Part shown: positions 28,301 through 36,860 of the stretch, in pieces
Position numbering within the stretch: position 1 is the first letter of the stretch
Layout of the letters: the number at the start of each line of letters is the position of its first letter
IMG/VR virus record: IMGVR_UViG_3300037140_000076
Span: 1 to 64,000 of that record
Length of the DNA: 64,000 nucleotides
From: a virus
Direction: 5' to 3' (one strand)
The notes under the pieces: generated by a model
Database searches by the model: none
Told to the model about the DNA's origin: nothing
The model's input: the letters and a program-made list of their open reading frames with translations, nothing else
Position numbers and translations under genes: made by a program

Positions 28301-29412
28301 GAACAACAACTACTGTACTTCATGGAAACGCTGCGGGTAATCTTTCTTTTGCTGCTGTTGCAAATGCAGATCTTGCAAATAGTTCAATTACGTTTTCTGC
28401 ACCAGGAACATCGGGACTTGCTCCTAATTGGTTGACTTCACCAGTATCATTAGGAGGCACAGCAACATTAGAGATTCCTTTAGCTTCAACAGCAAGCGTT
28501 ACAGCAGGATTAATAAGTAATACAAACTTTAATACATTCAGTAATAAGGCTGGAACTATTAATGTACAAATATTTAATACAGCGGGTATATTTACTTGGA
28601 CTAAACCAGCCGGAGCACAAATAGTTCATGTTAAAATGATTGGTGGAGGTGGAGGTGGGCTTGCTGGTAGTATTGCGACAAGTGGTACAGCTATTGGAGG
28701 AACAGGTGGTGGTAGTGGAGGACTTTCTGAAAGTATATTTCCTGCCGTATTGTTAGGAGCAACGGAAACTGTTATAGTAGGGGCGGGTGGAACCGGTGGA
28801 ACTGGTATTAATACAGTGGGTAATCCTACAGTATTAGGAACTAACGGTGGAGCATCTTCTTTCGGTTCATGGTTATTTGCAAGTCTTGGAAGTGCCGGAA
28901 CATCAGCCGGAACAGTGGGTTTAGCTGGTGGTGGTTATCCTGCAATTTCAGGAGCAGCTACAAATAATGGTAGTAATGGTGGAGCAGCAGGAGGAGCTGT
29001 AGTTGGTACCTTTATGGCTCCTTCAGGGGGTGGTGCAGGGGGTAATATTACAGCAAGTGGACAAACTCCTGGTGAGAATGGCGGGACAGTTGGTGCTGCT
29101 AATCTTGCAAATAGAAATTCACCAGCAGGATATGCTGGTCTTATAGAAGGTGGACTTGGTGCAACCTCATTAGTATCACCAAATGGTGGAAATGGAAATA
29201 CATTAGGTGTAAATTCAATTGTTGGTGGTTCTGGTGGTGGGGGAGGAATGTTTGCACAAGCAGCAGATAATTCTAACGCTGGTAATGGCGGTAATGGTGG
29301 ATTCCCAGGTGGTGGGGGTGGAGGAGGAGGTGCTAATAGACAAGCTGGTTTCTTCTCAGGAAATGGTGGTAATGGAGCAAGCGGTATAGTAGTTGTAACA
29401 ACATACTTTTAA
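25351..29412 (+). CDS. Long tail fibre protein with Gly-rich C-terminal domain
   Basis: 1353 aa; WGSITG.LSNQTDL, AGGDLSGTFPNPT, VSSFNSRTGA, VTSVFGRTGAV fibre repeats; C-terminal FTWTKPAGA...GGGGG...GIVVVTTYF. Confidence 0.8.
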   Translation: MASNRILVDLDGGLINNLINWRHNPLTSAARISLGASLTAANIGLFVFDINLLQGFYWSGSAWVSSGGGGGGAVWGSITGILSNQTDLQNDLNLKANISSLAPVAFSGHYSDLTGQPTLLSQFTNDPGYITSASLPTFNNGLTETSNVVQLGGSLIQDTFINLSTFGLALQSAAGTQFAISDAGITEQTAYDIYGNNSSLEVISSGIFGTVQGPSGTTLIYIKPEGILITSNYFALQAQLEIQDGTQGNVGDVFTSINNQGLGAWVTPPSGATGVLSANDGLSVSGSVAKLGQAVGEVGNPASLTENRQLPMGGFSTNFDSGNFTITNPNPYFLDVTVPSGGGVYYFKRVNFNTNVTSHQFYDWYLSTDNGDGTFDHVQAQGFRGNGNTIPNWFESLEYQYLSAGYERHIQFQAYNSELRLSSYTYAFSGIDFAHDSCLFFHSLTSWAIRSMGTQHEGLFYSGGTPTAPGQFGFGNDDLAGGTLTGYIEKCDSVNHKVSLQNNGNDPSGTSYEFQGFPKIYFDTIGSHSIYVDGSDWSLHADKVWVANPSSNTFSIDNASTLDLQINFQPSRNTYHMIVSTATAEWGDYIPSPNGYSRTFYWGTTQMLSLSKSVALFSTPVQIEDGSQGTIGNVFTSIDINGTGRWEPVSIGGIAAGGDLSGTFPNPTVLNSAVIGKVLTGYVSGAGVVSPTDTILSAIEKLNGNIGALVTGVSSFNSRTGAITLLSSDVTGALGFTPQPAGNYITALTGDVTAAGPGSSVATLATVNANVGSFGDATHVAAFTVNAKGLITAASSVAITFPVTSVFGRTGAVVATTGDYTIAQITNGLSNVLASGDLFVGNGSNIATGVPASGDLTLSNTGAFTIGSNVVTYAKMQQASAHTLLGNPTGATANISEITLGSGLSFSGTTLTATGTGGTVTSFSAGTLSPLFTTSVANPTTTPALTFSLSNAGAFTIFGNDTAGSAAPTFFTPTLTDGLFANEGTTTTVLHGNAAGNLSFAAVANADLANSSITFSAPGTSGLAPNWLTSPVSLGGTATLEIPLASTASVTAGLISNTNFNTFSNKAGTINVQIFNTAGIFTWTKPAGAQIVHVKMIGGGGGGLAGSIATSGTAIGGTGGGSGGLSESIFPAVLLGATETVIVGAGGTGGTGINTVGNPTVLGTNGGASSFGSWLFASLGSAGTSAGTVGLAGGGYPAISGAATNNGSNGGAAGGAVVGTFMAPSGGGAGGNITASGQTPGENGGTVGAANLANRNSPAGYAGLIEGGLGATSLVSPNGGNGNTLGVNSIVGGSGGGGGMFAQAADNSNAGNGGNGGFPGGGGGGGGANRQAGFFSGNGGNGASGIVVVTTYF

Positions 29413-29421
29413 AAATAATAT

Positions 29422-30774
29422 ATGGCAATTTATTCGATTGGTTTAGGTAGTGGAATTTTAAGTTTACCGGTAGGATTAAAATCTGGAGATACCGTAACTA
29501 TTAACGCAGGAACTTATCCTGGTATTAATGTTTCGGGTCTTGTAAATATAACATTTCTTCCTGTTGGAGGAAGTGTAACATTTACTTCAAGCATTACCCT
29601 TGGTAAGACAGCAAATATTATTTTTGATGGAACCGTCGTACCTGGTCAGAAATATGGTTTCCTTTATGCTGGAACAGGAACAGTATTTAATCATGGTGGA
29701 GGAAATAACGTAAATAATACATTCAAAGGATTTGGTATTAATAAAACAGCATCCAATATATTTGACGGTTCAGGTAATAGTATTACTTACACAGGAACTC
29801 CTCAGACCGCTCTTTATTATGGACTTACTGTAGATACTTTTATTTTTGGAAGCATAACAATGCTTTATAATGGTACATGGGAATCTCCACTCACTTATCA
29901 TAATGTAAATATTAATTCAACATTTAGTAATATAATTGTTACTAATGATGGAACCGGATCAGGTACAAAAGTATTTGGTAATTCTATTTATGCATTAAGA
30001 GCATATAATTGGACTGTTACTGGACCAACGCTTATAAATAATGGAGATCTTGGTATATTTGAAATTTTATCTGGTAATTCCTGGATATTTAATATATTTA
30101 GAAGCGGGGGATGGGGATATATTCAACGTTTATTCCAAGTTGTTCTTGGAGGACTTCTTTTTAATCAGGATTCTTATATATATAATGTTATTGACGTAAA
30201 CACTATTCACTACGGAACTGTAGATGTTCGTATTGATACATCGTTACTTAATTCAAAAGCTACTATTCCTTTAACAGGGGGAAACTTCTTCTTTTTAAAT
30301 AATGATTCAGGAGATAAAACAGATGACGGTACGTATGTTACTAATGCTGTTGTCCTGGGAGCTATGGTTGATGACCAGGGAAAAATGTATACAGCGACTA
30401 TACAAAATAACTTTGCCTGGAACGCTATGGCTACTACACAATCAGGTGGATCAAGCCTTTTAAAAAATAATAGTAATGGTCAAGCTCTTATAGTTGAATC
30501 TAATAATATTGATTTGACTCCAGGAGTTCCTTTACCATCCGGATATTTAATTGATAAAATTAACTTTATTCCTTCTACTGGTTCTCCTTTAATTGGAAAA
30601 GGAACAAGTGAAGCTTTAGTGATTGTAGATATTTATGGAAAACCAAGAACTAATCCTCCAGATATTGGTGCTGTTCAAAGTGTTCCTCTTAAACAACGTA
30701 CAGTTTCTTCTTTTAGTGGCATATCTGGAAAAATAATATTTACTTACGATGATGGAAGCACATCTCAATTTTAA
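29422..30774 (+). CDS. Beta-helix tail spike/depolymerase-like protein
   Basis: LKSGDTVTINAGTY beta-helix cap; Asn/Gly/Thr-rich coils; SPLIGKG...DIYGKPR...DIGAVQ C-terminal motif of Bacteroidetes beta-helix proteins. Confidence 0.65.
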   Translation: MAIYSIGLGSGILSLPVGLKSGDTVTINAGTYPGINVSGLVNITFLPVGGSVTFTSSITLGKTANIIFDGTVVPGQKYGFLYAGTGTVFNHGGGNNVNNTFKGFGINKTASNIFDGSGNSITYTGTPQTALYYGLTVDTFIFGSITMLYNGTWESPLTYHNVNINSTFSNIIVTNDGTGSGTKVFGNSIYALRAYNWTVTGPTLINNGDLGIFEILSGNSWIFNIFRSGGWGYIQRLFQVVLGGLLFNQDSYIYNVIDVNTIHYGTVDVRIDTSLLNSKATIPLTGGNFFFLNNDSGDKTDDGTYVTNAVVLGAMVDDQGKMYTATIQNNFAWNAMATTQSGGSSLLKNNSNGQALIVESNNIDLTPGVPLPSGYLIDKINFIPSTGSPLIGKGTSEALVIVDIYGKPRTNPPDIGAVQSVPLKQRTVSSFSGISGKIIFTYDDGSTSQF

Positions 30775-30777
30775 TAT

Positions 30778-31497
30778 ATGTCAGGAATATATAAAATAGA
30801 AAACCCTGTTGGAGAAATTTATATAGGACAAACGAAAAGGACTTTTGAAAAAAGATTTGATCATTATTTTGTATTGGATTGTAAAAAACAAAAAGGGTTA
30901 TATAACTCTTTTATTAAACATGGAATAGAAAATCATAATTTTTATTCAATTCACGAATTAGATAAATATTCTTTACAAGAACAATTTAATTATTGGGAAA
31001 TTTATTATTATGAATATTATAAAAATTGTGGTTTTAAAATGTTAAATAAAATATTTCCTGGTAGTTATAGTATTTTAACAGAAAAGGGAAGATTAAAAAT
31101 GAGTATTATTCATAAAGGAAATAACAATAGATTAAATAAAACACATACAATTATTACTAAAAATAAAATAAGTAAAACAAAAATAGAACAAAATTTATCA
31201 TCCTGGAATAAGGGACTTTCATTAACAGATCAACAAAAAGAAAATTTAAGAGAAAAAAATAAAGGTAATAAAAACGCGAAAGGACATATTATTAGTGAAA
31301 AAACTAAACAATATTTAAGTAATGTAAATAAAATTCCTATTTGTCAATATGATTTAAATGGAAATTTTATTAAAAATTGGTCCTGCGGAAAAGAAGTTGA
31401 AATGGTTCTAAAAATTGATGCTGGAAATATTGCAAAATGTTTAAGAAATAAAGCAAAAACATCAGGCGGGTTTATTTGGAAATACTCATTAAATTAA
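30778..31497 (+). CDS. GIY-YIG homing endonuclease (NUMOD3/NUMOD1 tails)
   Basis: GIYKIENP...YIGQT; WNKG; QYDLNGNFIK.W...GGFIWKY; very AT-rich. Confidence 0.85.
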   Translation: MSGIYKIENPVGEIYIGQTKRTFEKRFDHYFVLDCKKQKGLYNSFIKHGIENHNFYSIHELDKYSLQEQFNYWEIYYYEYYKNCGFKMLNKIFPGSYSILTEKGRLKMSIIHKGNNNRLNKTHTIITKNKISKTKIEQNLSSWNKGLSLTDQQKENLREKNKGNKNAKGHIISEKTKQYLSNVNKIPICQYDLNGNFIKNWSCGKEVEMVLKIDAGNIAKCLRNKAKTSGGFIWKYSLN

Positions 31498-31501
31498 TAA
31501 A

Positions 31502-31954
31502 ATGTATATAGTTTCATCAAACGGAGTTAACTTAATAAAAAACGAAGAAGGATGTGTTTTACATCCTTACCAAGATAAAGCAGGAATTTGGACTATAGGT
31601 ATAGGAAGTACATTTTATGAAAATGGTCTTTCTGTAAAACAATACGATTCTATAATTACTGTAGAACGAGCAGAACAACTTCTTATTCATTTTATAAATA
31701 CTATAGTTATACCAATAATTAATAATCATGTAAGGGTTCTTTTAAATCAAAATCAGGTTGATTCCTTATCTGATTTTATTTATAATCTTGGAAGTGGTGC
31801 TTTTATAGGGTCTCATCTTTTAGTTGCGATTAATTCAAACGCGGGTCAAGATGCTATTTCTACTGAGTTTAAAAAATGGATTTATGTAAATCATCAAATT
31901 GATAATTGGCAAATACAAAGGAGAGAGAAAGAAATAAACTTGTTTTTTAGCTAA
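31502..31954 (+). CDS. Endolysin, GH24 phage lysozyme
   Basis: EEG...PYQDKAGIWTIGIG (E-D-T triad), QNQVDSL.DF.YNLG, RR.KE..LF. Confidence 0.9.
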   Translation: MYIVSSNGVNLIKNEEGCVLHPYQDKAGIWTIGIGSTFYENGLSVKQYDSIITVERAEQLLIHFINTIVIPIINNHVRVLLNQNQVDSLSDFIYNLGSGAFIGSHLLVAINSNAGQDAISTEFKKWIYVNHQIDNWQIQRREKEINLFFS

Positions 31955-31955
31955 T

Positions 31956-31990
31956 AAAAAAGCCGGACATTTAATCCGGCTTTATTTTTA
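31956..31990. terminator. Bidirectional intrinsic terminator at the convergence of the two arms
   Basis: AAAAAAGCCGGA-cattTAA-TCCGGCTTT followed by T-rich tail; A-run on the other side. Confidence 0.85.
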
Positions 31991-32000
31991 GTTGTTAGTT

Positions 32001-32228
32001 TCAGAACTGTTCAGGTTCTGTAAACTCTGTCTTTTCTTCAGGAGAAAAGTCTTTTATTTGGCTTGCTTTAGCTTCCTTTGCTTTAGCTTCTTCCTGAGCT
32101 TCCTGGTTACGAAGTCCTCTAACCTGGTTGAAAAATACTACGATTCCAAAACCGTGTTTTGTTGGCACTTCCTGGATGAGTTTGTCTAGCTGTTCTAGTT
32201 CAGCGTGTTTGATTAATAAATCTGGCAT
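32001..32228 (-). CDS. Hypothetical protein
   Basis: 75 aa ORF ending at the terminator. Confidence 0.55.
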   Translation of the reverse strand: MPDLLIKHAELEQLDKLIQEVPTKHGFGIVVFFNQVRGLRNQEAQEEAKAKEAKASQIKDFSPEEKTEFTEPEQF

Positions 32229-32260
32229 TGTGTTTTTGTTTTAAACGTTTAAAAAAGAGT

Positions 32261-33268
32261 TTATAATTTGAGTTTTTCCTTGACCTTTTCTAAGATCTCA
32301 GTACGTAACTCCGGGTTATCATTTAATAAAGTACTAACAGCATCCCTTCCCTGCCCAATCTTATCTTCACCATAAGCATACCAGGAACCGTTCTTCTGGA
32401 TGATTTCTAGCCCCGTGGCTATGTCTACTAGTTCAGCACTAGAATCTATACCCTGACCGAATATAAGGTCAAATTCAGCCACCTTAAAGGGTGGAGCGAC
32501 CTTATTCTTAACTACTTTCACCTTAACCCGGTTCCCAAAAGCTTCGTCGCCGTCTTTTAGGACCCCGATCTTACGCACATCAAGACGTATGGAAGCGTAG
32601 AATTTAAGGGCATTTCCCCCAGAAGTGGTTTCCGGGGACCCGAACATCACACCTATCTTCTCTCTTAACTGATTGATGAAGATGACAATAGCGTTAGATT
32701 TAGAGGTTTTGGCTGTAAGTTTACGCATGGTCTGACCCATAAGCCGGGCCTGTAATCCCATTTTCTGGTCCCCTATTTCTCCTTCTAGTTCAGCTTTAGG
32801 TACTAAAGCGGCCACAGAATCTACAACTATAATATCCACGGCACCGGATTCCACAAGCCGGTCAGTGATTTCCAGGGCCTGTTCTCCGTAGTCGGGTTGA
32901 TTGATGATAAGCTCGTCTGTGTTTATACCCATTCTCAAGGCATAAGATTCATCAAAAGCGTGTTCTACGTCAATAATTGCAGCGATTCCACCAAGTTTCT
33001 GTACCTGGGCAATCACATGCATAGCCAGGGTGGTCTTCCCACCGCTTTCTGGGCCGTATATCTCAACGATCCTACCTTTGGGTAGTCCTCCGACTCCAAG
33101 GGCTATATCAAGCCCTAATGAGCCTGTAGACACTACTTCTATATTCTTGTTGGGACTATCTCCCAACATCATGACCGTACCGGTCCCAAAATCCTTGTCA
33201 ATCTTGTCCATTGTAACTTTAAGCTTTTTAAGCTTTTCTACGTCTCTGGTTTCTTTTTTCTTTGCCAT
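32261..33268 (-). CDS. recA: RecA recombinase (bacterial type)
   Basis: [85 protein letters not shown]. Confidence 0.97.
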   Translation of the reverse strand: MAKKKETRDVEKLKKLKVTMDKIDKDFGTGTVMMLGDSPNKNIEVVSTGSLGLDIALGVGGLPKGRIVEIYGPESGGKTTLAMHVIAQVQKLGGIAAIIDVEHAFDESYALRMGINTDELIINQPDYGEQALEITDRLVESGAVDIIVVDSVAALVPKAELEGEIGDQKMGLQARLMGQTMRKLTAKTSKSNAIVIFINQLREKIGVMFGSPETTSGGNALKFYASIRLDVRKIGVLKDGDEAFGNRVKVKVVKNKVAPPFKVAEFDLIFGQGIDSSAELVDIATGLEIIQKNGSWYAYGEDKIGQGRDAVSTLLNDNPELRTEILEKVKEKLKL

Positions 33269-33538
33269 TTATCGTATTATGTGGTTTATTATAGCTAAAG
33301 CAGCACTGTCTCTGAGTTCTGGTGTAACCTCTAAATCCTTATCAAAGAATTCGATTAAACGAGTCTGAAAGTCAGGGGATAAACCCTGCGGGGGCTGTTT
33401 AATTTGTCCGATAGTCTTAAAGTTCAATTCAAATCCTCCCTCCTCACAATACTTGATTTCGCAATCAATTTCGTCTCTAGTTGCGGCTAAGATAGTACCA
33501 TCCGTTAGTTCGATCACAAATATAATATCTTTTTTCAT
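33269..33538 (-). CDS. Hypothetical protein
   Basis: ATG at 33538 preferred over track start; abuts recA. Confidence 0.5.
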   Translation of the reverse strand: MKKDIIFVIELTDGTILAATRDEIDCEIKYCEEGGFELNFKTIGQIKQPPQGLSPDFQTRLIEFFDKDLEVTPELRDSAALAIINHIIR

Positions 33539-33558
33539 ATTATCCAAATTTAAGGAAT

Positions 33559-33741
33559 TTAATACCAACAGTCTTCATGACATTGACCTACCGTTCCATG
33601 ACCGCACAGACAAGGTTCGTCTTTATGATCATTTACGTGCTTTTCATATCTCTTTTTTTGAAACGCAAGGTTTTTTGGACTCATCTGCTCTTCAAAGTTT
33701 ATGGGTTCTCTTTTTTCTATTTCTGGATCAAAGTCTTTCAT
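33559..33741 (-). CDS. Small Cys/His-rich hypothetical protein
   Basis: CLCGH...CHEDC possible zinc site. Confidence 0.45.
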   Translation of the reverse strand: MKDFDPEIEKREPINFEEQMSPKNLAFQKKRYEKHVNDHKDEPCLCGHGTVGQCHEDCWY

Positions 33742-33742
33742 G

Positions 33743-34771
33743 TTATTTCATTAAATGTTCAAAAAGTTGTTTTCTATATTCATTGATTTTAAGTAAATTA
33801 TAATGTTCACGACAATATTCACCCAGGGCCTGTCCTTTCTCCTTAAGAAAGACCGGATCAATAGCGAACTTTTTAATATTGTCAAACCAGGTTGCAGCAT
33901 TCGATCCATACATAACTAAATCCCTATTAGGGAAGTCAGAGTAAGGAGAAGTATCTGAAGCAATACAGGGATTGTACTTAGCCGCACTCTCCAGGATCTT
34001 TAAATTGGACTTGTATGCATTAAACATATTCTGTTCCAAAGGTATCAAGGTAACGTCACAATGAGAATAATGATCCTCATAGGAGTCTAGGGGGAGGGTT
34101 CCCCTAGATTCATAACCGGGTATCCTTCCGTTTAAAGAGAAAGAGTTCTCCATCTTGTTCCAGAATACAAGGGACTCTTTGTTTCTGTAGTCCACTCCGG
34201 CAAGGATGAACTTAGATTTATTAAATTTGGGATTGTTTATAATCTTTTCAAATGGTCTTTTTAAAACTTGAATATCGTGAAAATGTGATGATCCTCCTGC
34301 ATAAAGAAAACGGGTGAATTCACTTTCTACCTTTGTAGAGTTAAATTGTTCATGATCGTAGGGGAGGGCATTAGGAATTACATGGACATTCTTGTTTAAA
34401 GCCTTTACTTTATCAGCCAGTAGAGCGGTTGTAACAATAACGGCATCTGACGCAACAATGCAATCTTTTATCTTTTGGGCGGTTTTATTAGCTTCCCAGG
34501 ACTTAGCCAGGATGTGATGAGGGTATAGATCCCAATAATCATCAAGATCCGTAACTATTTTAAAACCGTGTTGTTTTTGCAAGGGTTTAAATACTTCAAT
34601 ATCCATCCCTGGGGTCCTGTTAAACAAAAGGATTTTTGTCTCTGGAGAAAGATCCCCAAAAGTTTTACCTTTCCATTGATTAATATCAATGCCCATATAC
34701 TTCAAAGGCATGACCAATCGGTGCCAATCGCATCCTGACGACATCTTAATTATTGCAGTTAATCCTTTCAT
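33743..34771 (-). CDS. Glycosyltransferase (GT-B fold, GT4-like)
   Basis: SGCDWHRL..P, TDLDDYW, VTT..LA, VIPNALP, YAGG.SH..D, DV.LIPL....FN..KSNLKILE...P.IASD..PY; start set at ATG 34771. Confidence 0.85.
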   Translation of the reverse strand: MKGLTAIIKMSSGCDWHRLVMPLKYMGIDINQWKGKTFGDLSPETKILLFNRTPGMDIEVFKPLQKQHGFKIVTDLDDYWDLYPHHILAKSWEANKTAQKIKDCIVASDAVIVTTALLADKVKALNKNVHVIPNALPYDHEQFNSTKVESEFTRFLYAGGSSHFHDIQVLKRPFEKIINNPKFNKSKFILAGVDYRNKESLVFWNKMENSFSLNGRIPGYESRGTLPLDSYEDHYSHCDVTLIPLEQNMFNAYKSNLKILESAAKYNPCIASDTSPYSDFPNRDLVMYGSNAATWFDNIKKFAIDPVFLKEKGQALGEYCREHYNLLKINEYRKQLFEHLMK

Positions 34772-35429
34772 TGTTTGTCTTTTTGTATTTCCAAATAAAC
34801 CCACCAGTTTGTTTTCTTTTTCCTTGAGCAACCATTGTTATTTTTCCATTTGAAATATTTAACTCTTTGGTTGCATTAGAAATACAACTCCATTCTTTTA
34901 TAAAAATTCCTTGTTTATCATATTGTAATACTGTTTTTGCACGTAATCCCTTACGAGATTTACTCATTTGTTGAAGAGATTTTTTTGAAAAACAGTTTTT
35001 TAATCCTTTATTCCAAGTAATATGTCCTGTCCGTTCGCTGCTGGATTTTCCTATTTTTTTCTTAGATTCTTTTGTATGTTTGGGTTTTCCTAAATGAGCT
35101 TTTGCTATTTTATCTTTTGATTCTTGAGTATGTTTTGCCCCATACCCACCCTCTCTCAAATTCAACAACTCAATACCACAATCACGATAAAGATCCATAT
35201 AAAACTGTTCATACCGATCTAAAACATCTTGACTTACATCAGAGGGTAATTCGTGACAAATTTCAAACTTATGATTTTTAACTCCATATTTATCAAAGGA
35301 ATTTTCTAGTTTTGCTTGTTTGTGTTTTCTACCATGTTGTTTATAATGAGTCCATCTGCTTTTAATATCCCAACTCTGCCCAATATATACTTTCCCAGAA
35401 GGACTTGTTATTTTATAAATTCCAATCAT
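34746..35429 (-). CDS. GIY-YIG homing endonuclease
   Basis: GIYKITSPSGKVYIGQS; NUMOD3 repeats (HT.ESK.KI); NUMOD1 C-terminus. Confidence 0.9.
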   Translation of the reverse strand: MIGIYKITSPSGKVYIGQSWDIKSRWTHYKQHGRKHKQAKLENSFDKYGVKNHKFEICHELPSDVSQDVLDRYEQFYMDLYRDCGIELLNLREGGYGAKHTQESKDKIAKAHLGKPKHTKESKKKIGKSSSERTGHITWNKGLKNCFSKKSLQQMSKSRKGLRAKTVLQYDKQGIFIKEWSCISNATKELNISNGKITMVAQGKRKQTGGFIWKYKKTNNERINCNN

Positions 35430-35842
35430 TTTATTTCTATTTCTCTATGATCTCCGTTTCCTTTAATCATATTTTTTTCTCTACGCAAAGTAATTTTTTT
35501 AATATTATTTCGGGCAGTATCTTCCATAGTAATACCTAAGTCAGTACAAAGGGAAGCAATATACCAAAGTACATCACCGATTTCACCAGTAAGATCTTCA
35601 ACATTAAGATTTGGAGTATCACCACGCATCCACTTTTTAATTTTACCGGCCATCTCTCCCGCTTCATTAAGAACTCCGATTGTTGGATATATGATTGCAT
35701 ACTTCTCAGGGAATGCTTTATTTTTAGCTGCTTCTAACTGATATTCATTAAGAGTTAAATCTCGTGTAATACATATATAATCGTTCTTTGGAGTTTCAAA
35801 ATCCTTAATAGGTTGATCATTTATGTGTCCTGGAGTATTCAT
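35426..35842 (-). CDS. MazG-like nucleoside triphosphate pyrophosphohydrolase
   Basis: LNEYQ...NEAGE...KIKK..R...EIGDVLWY...NIKK...R....G.GD.R. Confidence 0.88.
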   Translation of the reverse strand: MNTPGHINDQPIKDFETPKNDYICITRDLTLNEYQLEAAKNKAFPEKYAIIYPTIGVLNEAGEMAGKIKKWMRGDTPNLNVEDLTGEIGDVLWYIASLCTDLGITMEDTARNNIKKITLRREKNMIKGNGDHREIEIK

Positions 35843-36192
35843 GGTTTACTATAATTTGATTTGTTAATCATGTGATGGTCCTTTTTATGGTTTATCCAAA
35901 GAGTTATTACCTTAGCAGTAGCTTTTTTAAAGTTAGGTTTTAAAACTAGTACTATATCATAACTTTTGTTGTGTTGTATTCTAACAACACACATTAAAAT
36001 CTTTTTACCACTCTCTGTGGTCTTTACTTCTACAAACTTCTTTTTGGTTAACATCATCTTGTTTATGGATGGGGGTCTTTTGTTAACCCTTTCCTTAAAA
36101 CGCCTTAGAGCATGTTTTGAGTACTTTAGAAACAAGAACTTTCTTGGGATAATCAATTGTTCGGGGAACCCGACTTGTTTATGAAATATCAT
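35839..36192 (-). CDS. Basic protein, putative RelE/BECR-fold endoribonuclease-like
   Basis: LKYSKHALRRFKER (compare T4 RegB LKYSQHLLDR and DUF4258) and terminal VITLW strand. Confidence 0.4.
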   Translation of the reverse strand: MIFHKQVGFPEQLIIPRKFLFLKYSKHALRRFKERVNKRPPSINKMMLTKKKFVEVKTTESGKKILMCVVRIQHNKSYDIVLVLKPNFKKATAKVITLWINHKKDHHMINKSNYSKP

Positions 36193-36196
36193 ATTG

Positions 36197-36226
36197 CAAA
36201 TTTAATATAAATTTTGGTAATACAAA
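36197..36226 (-). promoter_or_regulatory. Bacteroidetes sigma70-type promoter
   Basis: TTTG-N18-TAAATTTG on -, ending 4 nt before the ATG at 36192. Confidence 0.55.
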
Positions 36227-36264
36227 ACCCTCTATTTGTTAAATATATGTGAACTACTAGGGCA

Positions 36265-36296
36265 TTTGGAAGTTTCAAATAATATGGTTATATTTG
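36265..36296 (+). promoter_or_regulatory. Bacteroidetes sigma70-type promoter
   Basis: TTTG(36265)-N20-TATATTTG(36289), matching consensus. Confidence 0.75.
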
Positions 36297-36312
36297 TAAA
36301 AAATTAATAATT

Positions 36313-36804
36313 ATGGCCGACCGTAAAAATCACAAGGAAAAAGCAGCAGCTTTCTCCGATGCACAAAAAAAGAAGAATGCCCAGGCATCACAGCCTAAAA
36401 CCCATCTTATTCCTGACGTAGAATGGCAATCTACTGACAATCTGGATCTTAGAGGGGATGTAGCTGAAGCTATTCAGAACAACCTTGTAGTAGCCTTTGA
36501 AGCTCTACAGAAGGCAGGACAGGCTTTCCAGGTCCTTTTGAACCTCAATATCAAAGCTGGTAAAGCCAAGCTTAAATACACATGGAATAACGGTGAAATT
36601 CCGACCGACTCTGAACTTAAAGAGTACCAGGAACAAATGAATCAACTGCAAGCTCTTAAAGCCGAACAATTGAAAAAAGCTCAGGATGGTATTGCTCAAG
36701 AAGCAAAGAACAAACAAGCTCCAAAATCCAATCTGGTCACAACAGATGGTCAACCTTTGACAGAAGAAAATCTCACTAAATCAAAGAGTGGATTAATAGT
36801 GTAA
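36313..36804 (+). CDS. Hypothetical helical protein; lone + strand gene in the - arm
   Basis: 163 aa, own promoter and terminator. Confidence 0.75.
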   Translation: MADRKNHKEKAAAFSDAQKKKNAQASQPKTHLIPDVEWQSTDNLDLRGDVAEAIQNNLVVAFEALQKAGQAFQVLLNLNIKAGKAKLKYTWNNGEIPTDSELKEYQEQMNQLQALKAEQLKKAQDGIAQEAKNKQAPKSNLVTTDGQPLTEENLTKSKSGLIV

Positions 36805-36829
36805 CCTATCTCTTGGTACATACAAACAG

Positions 36830-36857
36830 AAAACGCGACTGAAAAGCCGCGTTTTTT
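36830..36857. terminator. Intrinsic terminator (probably bidirectional)
   Basis: AAAACGCGACT-GAAA-AGCCGCGTTTTTT between convergent genes. Confidence 0.7.
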
Positions 36858-36860
36858 AAT

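Noticed and set aside
21496-30774. Diversity-generating retroelement acting on tail fibres
   Set aside because: No reverse transcriptase and no near-identical TR/VR pair differing at adenines seen in the window
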